A stretch of 63,985 nt of DNA, the filler included, from Hyphochytrium catenoides (Eukaryota > Protista > Hyphochytriomycota), in the NCBI GenBank assembly GCA_900088475.1. It is 12 parts of 12 records of this genome, joined end to end, with 100 filler letters (N's around TTAATTAATTAA, not from the genome) between each part and the next. Parts side by side here need not be neighbours in the genome. Positions count along the whole stretch, not along the records: positions 1 to 17,823 come from FLMG01000049.1; positions 17,924 to 19,206 come from FLMG01002465.1; positions 19,307 to 20,483 come from FLMG01002530.1; positions 20,584 to 22,128 come from FLMG01002170.1; positions 22,229 to 31,673 come from FLMG01003456.1; 7 more parts are not named here. One strand, given 5' to 3'. Made by a program: the position numbers and the translations under genes. The first letter of the stretch is position 1; every line of letters begins with the position of its first letter. Under the pieces are notes generated by a model, which worked only from the letters and a program-made list of their open reading frames with translations, had not been told where the DNA came from and made no database searches. This document shows, piece by piece, positions 13,071 through 24,688 of the stretch.

Positions 13071-13443
13071 TGTTGAATTATATGGGAGGATTGGACAATG
13101 TCATTAGATGAGAGTGCTCTACTTATAAGCCCAACTGGGGTCCCATAATCTAGAGCTATTCTGACTATGCCAACTATTTCTAATAAAGTCTAAGATATGG
13201 ACTTATAGAGATATCCTTGTCTGGAATAGTCAGTCCTGAAGGTATTCCGGGGTACTGACCATAAGCCATAGATATAAACAGGGACAATTCGTTTGCTTCA
13301 TATCTCGGCTTCTACTGGGAGTTTAGAGCTGAAACGTGGGTAATTAACCTTGCCAGCTTGTAGTCCACATAGCTGTGCCCTCAGACTCACCTCCCCGCAG
13401 CTCCAACTCGCTATTGTGAAGGGTCGAAGCTGAACATTCAACA
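13071..13443 (-). mobile_element. Copia LTR family A, long form, 3' LTR with adjacent PPT
   Basis: TGTTG...CAACA termini; near-identical to 33230-33605; minus-strand PPT TGCGGGGAGG at 13444-13453. Confidence 0.88.
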
Positions 13444-14323
13444 CCTCCCCGCATGCTGTAGACCCGCTAGAAAGAGATTACTCGGTTCTTGGGTTTCCAT
13501 GGCAAACATTTCTCGATGTACGATGAACAGCGAGGTTGGCGAGATGCTGTTTCCTTAGCGTCTTTGGTAAACGCGTCGAGATCTCCAGAAAATTCCACAT
13601 TGTCTGATTGCTTCAGCGCTAGGTAGAAAGAGTGGAGAATATTGTTATCAGCGTCAAACTTTTCTTGATTCGTTTCCAAGTCCATAACTACTGCTTTCTC
13701 AACTACTCGAGTTGCCCACCAGCAGCAGGGCAATGTTTGGAGACTCCAGCAACTAAGTATCATTGCCCTCAGCAAGCCTTGAGTCGCGTACGCCATTTAA
13801 TCGCTAATTATTGGTAAGACTTCGGCGGACGGCGTTGATGGAGAACCTTTAGTCGAACGAAGTTAGCCCTTAGTATACTTTGGCGGATGACGCTGGAGAG
13901 GACGTGACGGTGATGATGAAGGAGGCGCCGCTATCGAGATTCCTTCCCTAAGGGTAAAAGTTGCTTTTTGGTTGCGCTTCCTCCTCCTCCTCGCCGTATT
14001 CTCCTCCGTGTGCGCTATGGTTACTATATAGTCCATCTTTCTTGACTTTGGATAACAACGGAGACGCTGCGAATCGTAAGATCGTCCATAGAGTCTGCAG
14101 CATCCTCTTGTTTTATCCACGGACAACCTCCATCACAAACTCCAGGCTCCAGCATTTGGAATCCAACAAGTACCTCTTTTCCGAATCCCGCTCCTCAAAA
14201 GCCGACTTCAAACAACGAGGAAGTTTCTTCTGGATTGTTAGGCCGTGGAATATTTCCAGGGCCATTTGGAGGAGACTCGGCCAGTAACCCAGATAACCGA
14301 GATGGGGATGCGTATGAAAGAAT

Positions 14324-14398
14324 TGGCGTCAGTAGGGTTTGAACCCGGTACCAACGGATGTGGATCAAGCCTTGTAACCACTGGGTTACTAGTGAGGC
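14324..14398 (-). ncRNA. tRNA-like module (Pol III A/B box) in the TRIM 3' LTR
   Basis: Minus strand GCCTCACTAGTAACCCAGTGGTTACAAGG...CCGGGTTCAAACCCTACTGACGCCA: A-box-like TAACCCAGTGG, B-box GGTTCAAACCC, terminal CCA. The cloverleaf is imperfect. Confidence 0.7.
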
Positions 14399-15007
14399 TC
14401 CCTTTAAGTCCGCCTTCCGCGAACCTCTTTAACCCACGGATGCCTAACATCCGTACATCCCCACCCTTAAACTGACCAACTCTGAATCCCATATTTCGGA
14501 GTTCTGTCAGCATCTTCTCTACACTCTAGCGAATTACCCAGATCATCTAGGACATTCAGACCGACGTGGCCCGTGGTGCCAGCCGTACCTCACCTGCCTA
14601 CCAGTCCACTCTTGGGACCCGGATACTCAGCAGAAGTGACTCAGTACGCGCTGCGCTTACTGCGGCTGTTCTAGAAGAAGCCCAGTGTCCACCTATACTC
14701 GCTGTACAAAATTCTTATTACCTTGCGGGTAAACCCTGCTGTAAGAGTTCTAGACACACGTCATCTCTGGGAGTCACCCCAAGACGTGTGCTCGGATCAT
14801 CCATCTAGGACGGTGTGTTACCCAGTCCCTAGACTGCTCTGTCTATCTCACGCCATGCTAGGAACCTGTTTAGATATCTGGGTATCACCCCTTCCTGGAT
14901 TTTAACGGCTCAGCTACCATGTTAGGCCGTGGAATATTTCCAGGACCATTTGGAGGAGACTCGGCCAGTAACCCAGATAACCGAGATGGGGATGCGTATG
15001 AAAGAAT

Positions 15008-15084
15008 TGGCGTCGGTAGGGTTGAACCCGGTACCAACGGATGTCGATCATCAAGCCTTGTAACCACTGGGTTACTAGTGAGGC
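15008..15084 (-). ncRNA. tRNA-like module in the TRIM 5' LTR
   Basis: Second copy of the module; the B-box is one nt shorter (GGTTCAACCC). Confidence 0.65.
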
Positions 15085-15456
15085 TCCCCTTTAGCGGACT
15101 TCGCGAACCTCTTTAACCCACGGATGCCTAACATCCGTACAGGATGGCTATTCATATTAACATAACAATTCCTCATCACCGACTGTGGAACCCAGAACAA
15201 CGAATGGAGGCCCTTCCATGGTGGCCGGAGTGGATGGCCGGTATCGTCAGTCAAATTGCGTCTATGGAGCAACGAACATGGCGTTTGGGAGCTCGTTGAG
15301 CGCCTTCCAGGAGCAATACCAATTGGGTGTAAATGAGTGGTATTTCGGGTGAAAATAAAACAAGTGATGGTAGCACCGATTGCTACTAAACAAGACTCAC
15401 TGGTCACTCAAGACCACAATCAAAAGCAGAAATCGACTACAACAACGAGGTATTCG

Positions 15457-15911
15457 TGTTATATGTGTATATTGCATGTAGTAGTACCATATACTCCTCT
15501 GAACCGTAAGCTCTCGCTTCATTATGTCTGGAAGCTGGCGCTGCTGGGGCCAGGAGGTTGATAGGAAGGCGCTGGCGGGAACGCCGCGGCATTTAGAGGA
15601 ACTAGCCGACGAGGATGGATAGTCCGAGTCTCCTGGGCCAACCCTATGAACGCTTACTATGGAGTAGGCTGCTCTCATCATCTCTAATTCTATCACTTCC
15701 CTCCCTCTTTACCTCTCTCTGCGCTCCCTGAGATTGAGTTGCTTCTGCTAATAAGCAAAGCTAAACAGTCAACGTAGTTGGATCTCATAGAAAAGTCCTT
15801 AGAATCGGCTTAGAAGTCTTCCTCTGGAAAGCTTTGTCGGAGCTGAGGCATGGCCAGCCGAAGAGATGACTTAGCGAAACCCATAAACTCACTTTCTTAC
15901 ATACTACTACA
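15457..15911. mobile_element. Solo LTR (family D)
   Basis: TG..CA ends and perfect 5-bp TSD ATTCG (15452-15456, 15912-15916). Removing it restores the copia RT motif EVFAPVV. Confidence 0.85.
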
Positions 15912-16039
15912 ATTCGCCCCAGTTGTAAGCAGCTATAAGTCCGTCCGATATATCCTTCCTTTAGCTGCCATATATGATATTGCGATCCGACACCTGGAGA
16001 TTTCCCCTCCCTTTCTCCACGGAGATCTTGACGAGATTG

Positions 16040-16272
16040 ATTATTTGTTACGCTGTATGGGCCATGGTTGCTGCTCTTCAATTGCAAAAAACAAGATACT
16101 CCTGTATGTCGCGGTTGAGTAATCCCGGAGGTTGGCGCATGTAAATGGTCTCGTCAAGATCCCCATGGAGAAAAAAAGGCGATGCGCATATCCAGGTGAT
16201 AGAGCAAAATCATACATGGCAGCTAATAAAGAGAAGATACATCTGACGGACTCATAGCTGGCGACTGGCGCG
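16040..16272 (-). pseudogene. Copia RT fragment, head-to-head with the plus-strand RT relic
   Basis: APVASYESVRCIFSLLAAMYDF..LHGDLDETIYMRQPPG..QLKSSNHG, with frameshifts. Confidence 0.8.
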
Positions 16273-16411
16273 TGGTGGAGTCTGAGGGCACAGCTATGTG
16301 GACTACGAGCTGGCAAGCTTAACTACCCAAGTTTCAGCTCTAAACTCCCAGTAGAAGCCGAGATATGAAGCAAACGAAATGTGCCTGTTTATATTTATGG
16401 CTTATGGTCAG
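16273..16411 (+). mobile_element. LTR family A, short form, truncated by insertion of element B
   Basis: Starts TGGTGGAGTCTGAG; reverse complement of ~13255-13388; breaks off at CTTATGGTCAG|TGTCGAG. Confidence 0.85.
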
Positions 16412-17823
16412 TGTCGAGTGCTACAATGTTCGTTGTCAGTAGTAGTACAGTAGTCACTCTCTATACACACCTAGCTCTCAGGGACATAGACTTTACGGGT
16501 ACACCTGTGTTATGGGAAAGAGGAATGTGAGTGTGAAAAGACTTTCCAGAAGAACACAGGAACAGCAGAGGAGAGAGAGATGATGAGGGAAGCTGGGCCG
16601 AGCAAAAGATCTCGAGACCAGACTCTCAAGACTCAGCAATCATTCAGAGAAATCTCAATCATAGATCAATACCAGGTCCCTTTGTTATCGTTTCATCTAG
16701 ATTGTGCTCATGCAGAAGCTTCAGGCATTGCCACCCAACTCTGTAAAGTTCATCAGGTTATGTTAGGCCCACACTCGCAGTTGGTCGTGACTCTTGCTTC
16801 TCCTCTTCTCATCACTTGAGCTGCTAGAGTGACGATCCTGTCGCATACAATGACATCAAAGGAAGGCGGAGTTCATCCGCACAATATCGCTGTTCTACAC
16901 AGCAAGGACCAGTATTCTATCTGGTCAAGCCGGGTACGAAGTTACCTGGATGAGGTAGTCCTCCTCGTTCGCATTGAGGATGAGAGTCAGACACTGCTGG
17001 CTGATGGCAAAGACCCGCTCACCAGTAAGGACTTCACAGAGACAAGCAAGAAGAACTGGAAGAAGAATGATCGGAAGACGATCAACAAACTGGTTCCCCT
17101 AGTTTCTGATGAGCTCCTGTCTCTGCCTGCTGGAAGCGCAAGAATCAGCGTAGTACGCGGGATGGCTCAAACTGCAGGAGCAGCTGGATGATGGAAAGGA
17201 AGGGGACAACGTCCTCAGGCGTCTTCAGGAGATCACCAACTCAAGGTTTGATTCTGGAGGGACCACCTCTCTGAGATCCCACCTGACCACCCTGAGACAG
17301 AGGACAGAGGCTCTAAAGAATATCTTCGAAAGGAGAAACAAGAAAGAGAATCACGAGGACATTTATGAGACAATCTGATCTCTTCAATTCTCCAAAGCCT
17401 CCCTCCATCCTTTGGCTCTATAGTGAGCCACCTGTACGTCCTAGGGACTTCCTCTCTGGCTGCAAACTGAGGTCGTCAACAGTATTATGGCTGATGAACA
17501 GAGAAGAGTGTCTAGCTCTTGACACTCTCCGGATACTCTACCCTGTTTGGAGATGAATGCCTTTTCTGCTCCAGGGGAAAGGAAAAGAGAAGATCCCCCA
17601 GATCAGCGAAGACAGGAGAAACCTGCGCGTGGTAGCAGGCAGTGCGGCATCTGCAGGAAAAAGGGACATTAGCCCAGACTGTTGTGAGCTTCCCGAGAAC
17701 GCTGCTCGCAGGCCAACTGGCTGGAAGTCTCGCGTCCACTTGGACAAGTTGCCGTTGGTACAGGAGCCGAGCAGCAAAAGCAATGCTCAGCAACTTAGTG
17801 CCTCATAGCTGCTCTCCTATCCT
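16412..17823 (+). mobile_element. Ty1/copia element B, 5' part: LTR 16412-16755, PBS, frameshifted gag
   Basis: LTR start matches 33606-33715 in reverse complement. PBS GGTTATGTTAGGCCCAC at 16756. Gag N-terminus LHSKDQYSIWSSRVRSYLDE; frameshifted CGICRK..H.SPDC zinc knuckle at ~17643-17682. Confidence 0.82.
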
Positions 17824-17923
17824 NNNNNNNNNNNNNNNNNNNNNNNNNNNNNNNNNNNNNNNNNNNNTTAATTAATTAANNNNNNNNNNNNNNNNNNNNN
17901 NNNNNNNNNNNNNNNNNNNNNNN
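17824..17923. other. Artificial contig linker N44-TTAATTAATTAA-N44 (first of 11)
   Basis: Identical six-frame-stop 12-mers inside N runs at 17868, 19251, 20528, 22173, 31718, 37462, 51011, 52605, 55898, 61275 and 62886. Confidence 0.97.
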
Positions 17924-20583
17924 ACAACTCATCGATGGTGGAGCCAAAAGCAACAACCTGCATCAGCTCCGGTATAACTCGAAGAAGCGCTGGTTGCGGA
18001 CCGAAGAAGAGCACTCCAGACCAGAAAATTGTCTTAACATAAGGTCGCACACAGAAGCTCTTCTTCTAGAGCCATAGCGAAGCTCTTCCGTCTGATTCTT
18101 CCTTTGCTGACGCCTCGACTGGAGCTTCTTGAAGTCTCTGAAGAAAGTGCTGGCAGCAGCTGCGGAAGCGGCGCGAGACAGTGCAGTGCGGGCCCAAGGC
18201 AAACGTGATGGCTGTCTACCAAGTGAACGGACAAGACAGAGATTGACGAGATGGGGTTTTATAGTTGGTTGATGGAGGGATCCGGTGAGGAAGAGCGCGA
18301 GCGAGATGGCGATGGGCCTAAGAGCCATGACAGCACTAAGAGAGGAGCGGTCAAAATAGATAGTGGACCTAAGAGGTGCGATGGCAGAGCCAGAGTAAGA
18401 ACTAGGCGCAACGATAAGTGAGACAGAGATGAGGTTGGATGTATGGCTCTTTAACAGTGAGATGGGATGTTGAAGGGAAGACAGAGTGGGGGAGACATAT
18501 GCATTTTGGAGCTTTTGGCTGTTTCTCTCCGGTCCAGGTTTGGACAGGGGACAGCAGAACATGCCTGTAACTTTCAGAGAAGGAATTATTGTTTGTTTCC
18601 GTATCACTTATTTTTATATCGGGGTTTTGGTGAAGCATTCATGGTGTAAAGCTTCAACACCAGGTCAGGGCCTGTCAGATTAACACTTCTGCTTTTTCAC
18701 CAGCCGCAGCCGGGAGAGTCCTCTCTCTNNNNNNNNNNNNNNNNNNNTCTCTCTCTCTCTCTCTCACACACTCTATCCCTTTCTATCCCTTTCTATCCCT
18801 CACTCTCTCTCTCCTACCCCTAATTCCCTGGTTTCTCTCTCTTTCTCCCTCCTCCTTCAAAAAAATTGTTGTCCTTTCTTGACCTCTTCTTCCTGGATGA
18901 CGATACTTTCCGTCTTTTTGGCTCATGGGCTTGCTATCCCGCACTTGAGCCTTTGAAGCTTTGGGATGTCAAGATCTCTCGAGCGTCAAGGCCACAATCG
19001 CTGTAGCCAAAGCTCCAACACCAGGCGGACTTGTGTGGAGACTGAGGAACGCGATAGACGGAGCTGCGTCAGTGCTGGACGGGAGATGACCAGCGGAAAG
19101 GATCAAGAGAGAAGTATTTTAAGGCTTGTGAAGAGGAAGAGCAAGAGAGAAAGAGAGGGTTGTCCAGCGACTGCTAAGAGTATCTGAAGAGGGGGAGAGA
19201 GAAAGANNNNNNNNNNNNNNNNNNNNNNNNNNNNNNNNNNNNNNNNNNNNTTAATTAATTAANNNNNNNNNNNNNNNNNNNNNNNNNNNNNNNNNNNNNN
19301 NNNNNNAGAGAGAGAGGAGAGAGAGAAAACAAAAAAGGGGTTTAGAAGGCAGGACTACGGCGAGGAAAGGATTGGTTGGCATAGTTCACGGAAGAGAGAT
19401 CTTGAAAGTTATAGGTCAAGCCGAGCGACAACCTAGATCGGGACCCGGAGTATCTTCTTCGTCGTTCCATGTGTCCGCCATTTGCTTCTTTCACTATTGG
19501 TGGCGAGGAATAGCGTTAGAGAGGCTTCACGAAGAGCGGGGCGGCGAAAGAATCCAAAGGGCAGAGAGACAGGAGGGAAGAGAGGGGATGTAGGGATTGG
19601 GGGCAACCATGGTCTCTAGGAGAAGTGCGCCCAGTTACTGGCTCTTTCTCCTCCTCTGTCTTCTTCTCCAGCTCTGTGCTGTTGATTTCTTCCTTTTCAT
19701 CGCCCATGCTGGACTATTATGCCTGCGAATGGCAACCTTGACGGCTTGGCTCTAAGTATAAAGCTGACGGTGCGAGTTAACACCTGCAGTCTGAGGTTTC
19801 AGTCTACTTTGATGGTAGGAAAGATCAGCGTTTATATGCGAAGACCCTTCTACAACTTTCCTTAGATCCTACGGACACTCTGGGAGAAGAAGTCATAAAC
19901 AGAGTCGTTGGCAAGTGCAGATGCGATGCTGATCAACCAGACAACTCTGCTGCCCTGGAGACCTGCCCCCACGTCTTTCTATTGTTGAGCTTCTTGAGAT
20001 CTGCACTTTTGATGATTTCTGGTCGAAGATCATTCGTGAAGATTATTGCGGATCGCGATATCCTAAGCTAGTCGTATATGAGGAGAATAGCACCTATCCT
20101 TTTCGTATTATAGCTCTCCTTGAACAACCGTATGGTGAATAAAGTAATGCCAGATAAACTATAAGGACCTTACATAGCCTATATAAGAGAATGGTCCAGG
20201 TATTGTCGTGTAGACTTGGTTTTGTTCCAGCCTTTGAGACTGAGAAGGAGCCCTAAAGATAGCAGCTAGACAATTCGAACAAAGCCCAAGCAAAGGCATA
20301 AAAGCAGAGGAGCGCAAGCAGGACCGAGACATTGACGATGCACAGGCAGATGCGAAGAAAGGCAGAAGACAAGAAGAGGTAGAGGGAACAGGGAAAGGGT
20401 GGAGAGAAGAAAAGATATCGGCTGTGGCGAGAGCAAGAAAGAGATCCATTGAACTCAGGACAAGGTTTCATTTCTACTTCTCANNNNNNNNNNNNNNNNN
20501 NNNNNNNNNNNNNNNNNNNNNNNNNNNTTAATTAATTAANNNNNNNNNNNNNNNNNNNNNNNNNNNNNNNNNNNNNNNNNNNN

Positions 20584-21634
20584 TACCGTGCCCGTGCTAC
20601 CAAAAAAAGTCTCGATGGGAACGACCCTTATGGTGGGGTGACCTCCAACAACAACGTAGTCGTCTAAGAGTACGTTCTATCTTTACTCTATGTATAGTAG
20701 GCATTCTCCGACGGACCTGAACTCGAGTGGTGCCAACGGGGGGGAACACTCTACTTACTTCAATGGGAACGGCGGGTTATTATTATTACTTTTGCGGTTG
20801 ATATGCTGCAAGGTATGATAGACTTCTTGAATGATAAATCGCCCCTTCTCACCCCATAAGGCGGCAAAGTGTACCTCCATGGTGCGTACTTACTTGATGG
20901 TAGAGTGGGTGGTTGAATTATAGTCGTGTCGTAGCACATCGTGAAGCTTTGTTATGTCCCAACCGACCTCCTCCGTTTTCCTTTTGATTGTGCCGTTGAA
21001 GCGCTCAATGATACTCAGAGGAGGAGGGCGGTAGTAGCCGAAGCTACGTTGCTGCCTAACGCTATGTCGGTGGCAGACTCTTTCTATATATTCATCATTA
21101 TTATTGCTGAATTCTCCTCCATTGTCTGAAAGGAGCATCGCAGGTGACATTCGTAGGTACCAGCAGGAACCTTCTTCTTCCATCATGCGAAAAAAACACA
21201 TTTGGTGGGTAGTCCTCGATAAATGCGCGACTGACTTCAAAGCGTTCCCCGTAGGTCATAATAAAGTACTCCACCGTCTCCTCAGGGATCTTAATGACTT
21301 GACCTAAAATATGATCTAGAAGTGATGCTATAAGGACGGCTTCTTTCGCATCGACGACGTAGCTGAGAGCAAAGCGGCTGAAGGCATCTATTGCGTTGAA
21401 TAAGTGATACAGGCGTTGTCCTCGTCGAGGGACGGCAATGAAGCTGCCTGCCATCATCTTGGTATCCTCCGCGGCTCTCTCAAAGGCTCTACGCTTCTTA
21501 GGGGTGTCATAGTACTTTATGGGGATGAGGGTCAGGTCCATTTGGAACTTCTTTAGAGGGCCATTTACTACTGTTGTTGTGATGGACCTCTTCTTATGGC
21601 CTGACGGCAAACGAGGCAGTCTGCGCTGATCCAT
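20584..21634 (-). pseudogene. Retroviral-type (rve) DDE integrase of Polinton/Maverick/virophage type, disrupted
   Basis: GPLKKFQMDL..AIDAFSRF..(frameshift ~21140)..LLSDNGGEF..SIIERFNGTIKR..DYNSTTHSTIK*, then a PVGT.RV.VR..KG..W C-terminal remnant. No RT or LTR on this contig. Confidence 0.75.
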
Positions 21635-21907
21635 GCTATTATACCAACCACGAAGATAAAAGCAGCAAACCGTAGTGGTTCTCTTCATAGAATTTGAGGT
21701 ATGTGTGGTTAGGGCACTGTGATGCTTCACTCACGCAGAAACTGCACCCACTGCATTTGCTCAAAGAAAAGAGAAAGAAAAAAAACTATCGCTCGTCGTT
21801 GTTGATCACTAATGGGTGGGTATACGTCATGCTGTTCGCCACGAGCCACGCTGTCGCTTGGCTTTCTGTGTTGGTGGGTGAATAAGGATTTGGAGCTTTC
21901 TCGCTGT

Positions 21908-22025
21908 CGGAGCCACAAAAAAATAGCCTTATGCTTTGCTCCGCCGCTGCACGCCTACAGCTCGACGGAGCCACCAAAAAAAAAAAGAATAGCGTTATGC
22001 TTTGCTCCGCTGCACGCCTACAGCG
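21908..22025. repeat. Two imperfect ~57-bp tandem copies upstream of the integrase
   Basis: CGGAGCCAC(A)n..TTATGCTTTGCTCCG..CTGCACGCCTACAGC occurs twice. Confidence 0.8.
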
Positions 22026-23830
22026 CGGTTATTGCTGTAGAAGAGCTGATTGAGTCTCCTCTTGAGGCTGCGGCTACTTTCACGTTCGTAGTTCTGCCTT
22101 ACTGACTGAAGATAGCGCTTCAGTGCACNNNNNNNNNNNNNNNNNNNNNNNNNNNNNNNNNNNNNNNNNNNNTTAATTAATTAANNNNNNNNNNNNNNNN
22201 NNNNNNNNNNNNNNNNNNNNNNNNNNNNTGAGGATCATCTTCAGCTTAGCGTAGGGGCTATAAGATGGAGAAGAAGGTTTCTACTAGAGGCAAGAAGAGA
22301 GATAGACAGGTTATCTCCTTCTTGCACTCGCTCATCTCGACAACTTGATGAAGGGATCCTAGCGATAGGGGAGGGAATGGATCAGCAAAGGAAGAGGGGC
22401 GCCAAGACCAATGCCGTATAGAACGGCACAAAACGTAGTAGGTATGGCAACCGGCCCAGAGATGCTTAAGCGCCTCCTCCAGTTGCTGAAGGAAAATGGA
22501 GTAGCCGAGCTTCGCAAGATCTTCGAAAAGAAGCAATCATACAGAGCTTCCTTGCCGACGAATGCAGATTGTAACGGCACTTTGATTTTGTTGCTGAGTG
22601 CTAGAGGAGCAGCCCCTGACAACCTTTTGTCCTTTTGTCCTAAATGTTGTAGGGGACTCGTTGTTGTCGGTGGTGCCTGTGCTTTGCTTTGCAAGTTGAG
22701 AAGTGAGACGCATTATTATTGAAGCGGCGCTTCTTGAGCTCATGGAGAGAGCTAACTTGAAGAAGCTTTATTTTGTCTTCTAGATATGAAGAAGTATGAG
22801 TTATTATCGCTAACAAACGTCTCCGAAGGATGCTAAGTTGCTAGATCATTCTTCTTCTTCTTCTCCAGTGCTATGTGAGGATCGGCAGGCAACAACAATT
22901 CAAGAGGCAACCTCAGACTAACCTTTGATGGCTGCGCGTCTGGCGCTAAAAAGGCAAATCAAGTAGTAGTAGCGCAAAAAAGGCAGAGACTCTTATAATG
23001 AACCTAGTAGAGACAGGAGTACGGATAAGAGAAAGCCTTACTCACTCCGAAGAATTAACACTATAAAACAGTAGTAGTAGTACTTAGACATTATTGCCCC
23101 AGGAATCAATGCATTCACCAATGAGCTGAAGGGGGCCATGTAAGGGATGAGAGGTTGGATAGCCAGCCATCTCCAGCAGGGCCTAGTGAGTGGGCTAACC
23201 AAGAAGCGCTGGCGCGCTCTACGAAGTCAGTAAGTCTGGGTTTCTCAGTGCTTCAAACTATTTTTACTCTACTCAGTGGTACCAAGCCTGAGTCTACCCT
23301 TGATGAGAGAATTCAGGCCCTTGAGATAAGTTGACTTCCTCATCAGGAAAGGCATCTTCGAAGGTACCGCTTTGGCTCTGACAACAACGAGACGACGGGA
23401 GTACTTGGAATAATATCCTCGTTCACAGCAGTAGAAGAGAATCCCTTGCTTGCTAGTCTGGTTTGTTCCTCAACCATATTAGGTTAGCAACGCTGACTCC
23501 TTGCCTCAAACCGTCTATATTGTTCTATTGTTGCAAGAAACGTTATTGCAAGGCCGCCCTCCTCCCTCCTCCACGGTGAGTCTGCCTCACCGCCGTTGTC
23601 ATCGCGGTGTTCACTGTTCACCTCTCGGATGTCAAACAGCTTTCATTCTGCAAAAAAATTGCCTCAACCTCTTAAGAGCCCAACTAAAACGCGGAAAACA
23701 GAAGTAAGCTCCAGACGTAAGCGCGTACAGAGGAGCTGCCCAAGCTCGGACGGATTTCTGTACGGGCTGTAAACAACTTGAAACTAGCGCGACGAGCTCC
23801 TCAAAGTGTCAGCTAACAATAGCACCTAAT

Positions 23831-24688
23831 ATGACGACTGGTTCCGGATCCTTCATCAAGGCCATCGCCATCGCTGTATTAGCGCTAAGCTCCAGTGTTT
23901 GTGCTCAAGTCGATGATTTGGACCTAAACTTTGAGAAACGAATTCATTCCGCTAGGGTAATGGGCACTCCTTGGGTTGGCGAGACTGTTATCGTGAATCG
24001 TGATCCCTATGCGCGGCGCCCTAAAAAGCCATGGAAGTATCCTGAAGGAACCACAACGTATGAGTGGCTCAGCTGTGACAAGGGGAGCAGCCCTGTGTCC
24101 TCGCTAAGGGCGAACTCCCGGCTGCCCCTCCACAGGACCATGCACTCCCACGCCGGGGGCGGGCAGGGCAGTCTCAGCCACACCTACGTCAACCACGAGT
24201 CAGACGTTGGACGGAAGATCAGAGCACGTGTTCGCGTGTACAATGGGACGGCCAAGATCATAGACTTCATGTCTAAGCCATCGCAGTTTACCACCACCCC
24301 CTATGGTTGGGTATATAATCTTCTTACACCTTCGCCAACGCTCTATTTGGTCGCTCCCACTGCCATAAACAAAGGTTTCGTCTCTACGCTGCCCAACGCC
24401 ACGAGATCAACAGCATCCCACATGCTCTTCCGCTTCCTGGTGGGAACTGATTCTATACTCAGGTGATTGAAGGTGCAGCTCGACGGTGTTGACAGGCCGG
24501 CAAAGTTCAACCAAACTAGTGATCAAGGCACTACTTTCGTCGGAGAATTTCAAGCGACTTATCTCAAGCCTGGGTCTCACAGCTTCAAGCTGTTTGCTAC
24601 GTCGAGCGGAGGTACCTCGGAAACTTCTTATAACTGGACGGTCGTGAAAGTGAAGAGGAACCTTCTCCGAACTGAGTCGGAGCAATAA
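23831..24688 (+). pseudogene. Secreted two-Ig-like-domain protein, copy 1 (frameshifted segment and premature TGA at 24464-24466)
   Basis: Colinear paralog of 29075-29920; indels at ~24080-24170 and ~24452-24470. Confidence 0.75.

Larger units (their letters stand above)
14236..15141 (-). mobile_element. Complete TRIM (non-autonomous LTR retrotransposon) with tRNA-derived LTRs
   Basis: Two 222-bp LTRs (14236-14457, 14920-15141) with TG..CA ends. 4-bp TSD GGAT (14232-14235, 15142-15145). PBS TGGTAGCTGAGCC (14907-14919, minus) and PPT AAGGGTGGGGA (14458-14468, minus). 462-bp internal region with no recognisable coding. Confidence 0.92.
13500..16040 (+). pseudogene. Degenerate Ty1/copia pol (integrase to RT), interrupted by a TRIM and a solo LTR
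   Basis: Weak frameshifted integrase remnants (PQQ..GVA..NR at ~13765; D..NRKIVH at ~14068). Clearer RT remnants: EPRT..EAL..W, GVWELVERLPGAIPIGCK*VVFRVK (15185-15360), and IDY..EVFAPVV..SVRYILPLAAIYD..FLHGDLDE once 15457-15911 is removed. Confidence 0.75.

Noticed and set aside
14324-14340. Self-priming of the TRIM by its own tRNA-like CCA end
   Set aside because: The end ..ACTGACGCCA pairs with the PBS TGGTAGCTGAG over only 3-4 nt.
22411-22722. 103-aa ORF
   Set aside because: No domain or splice support; possibly a decayed gene.
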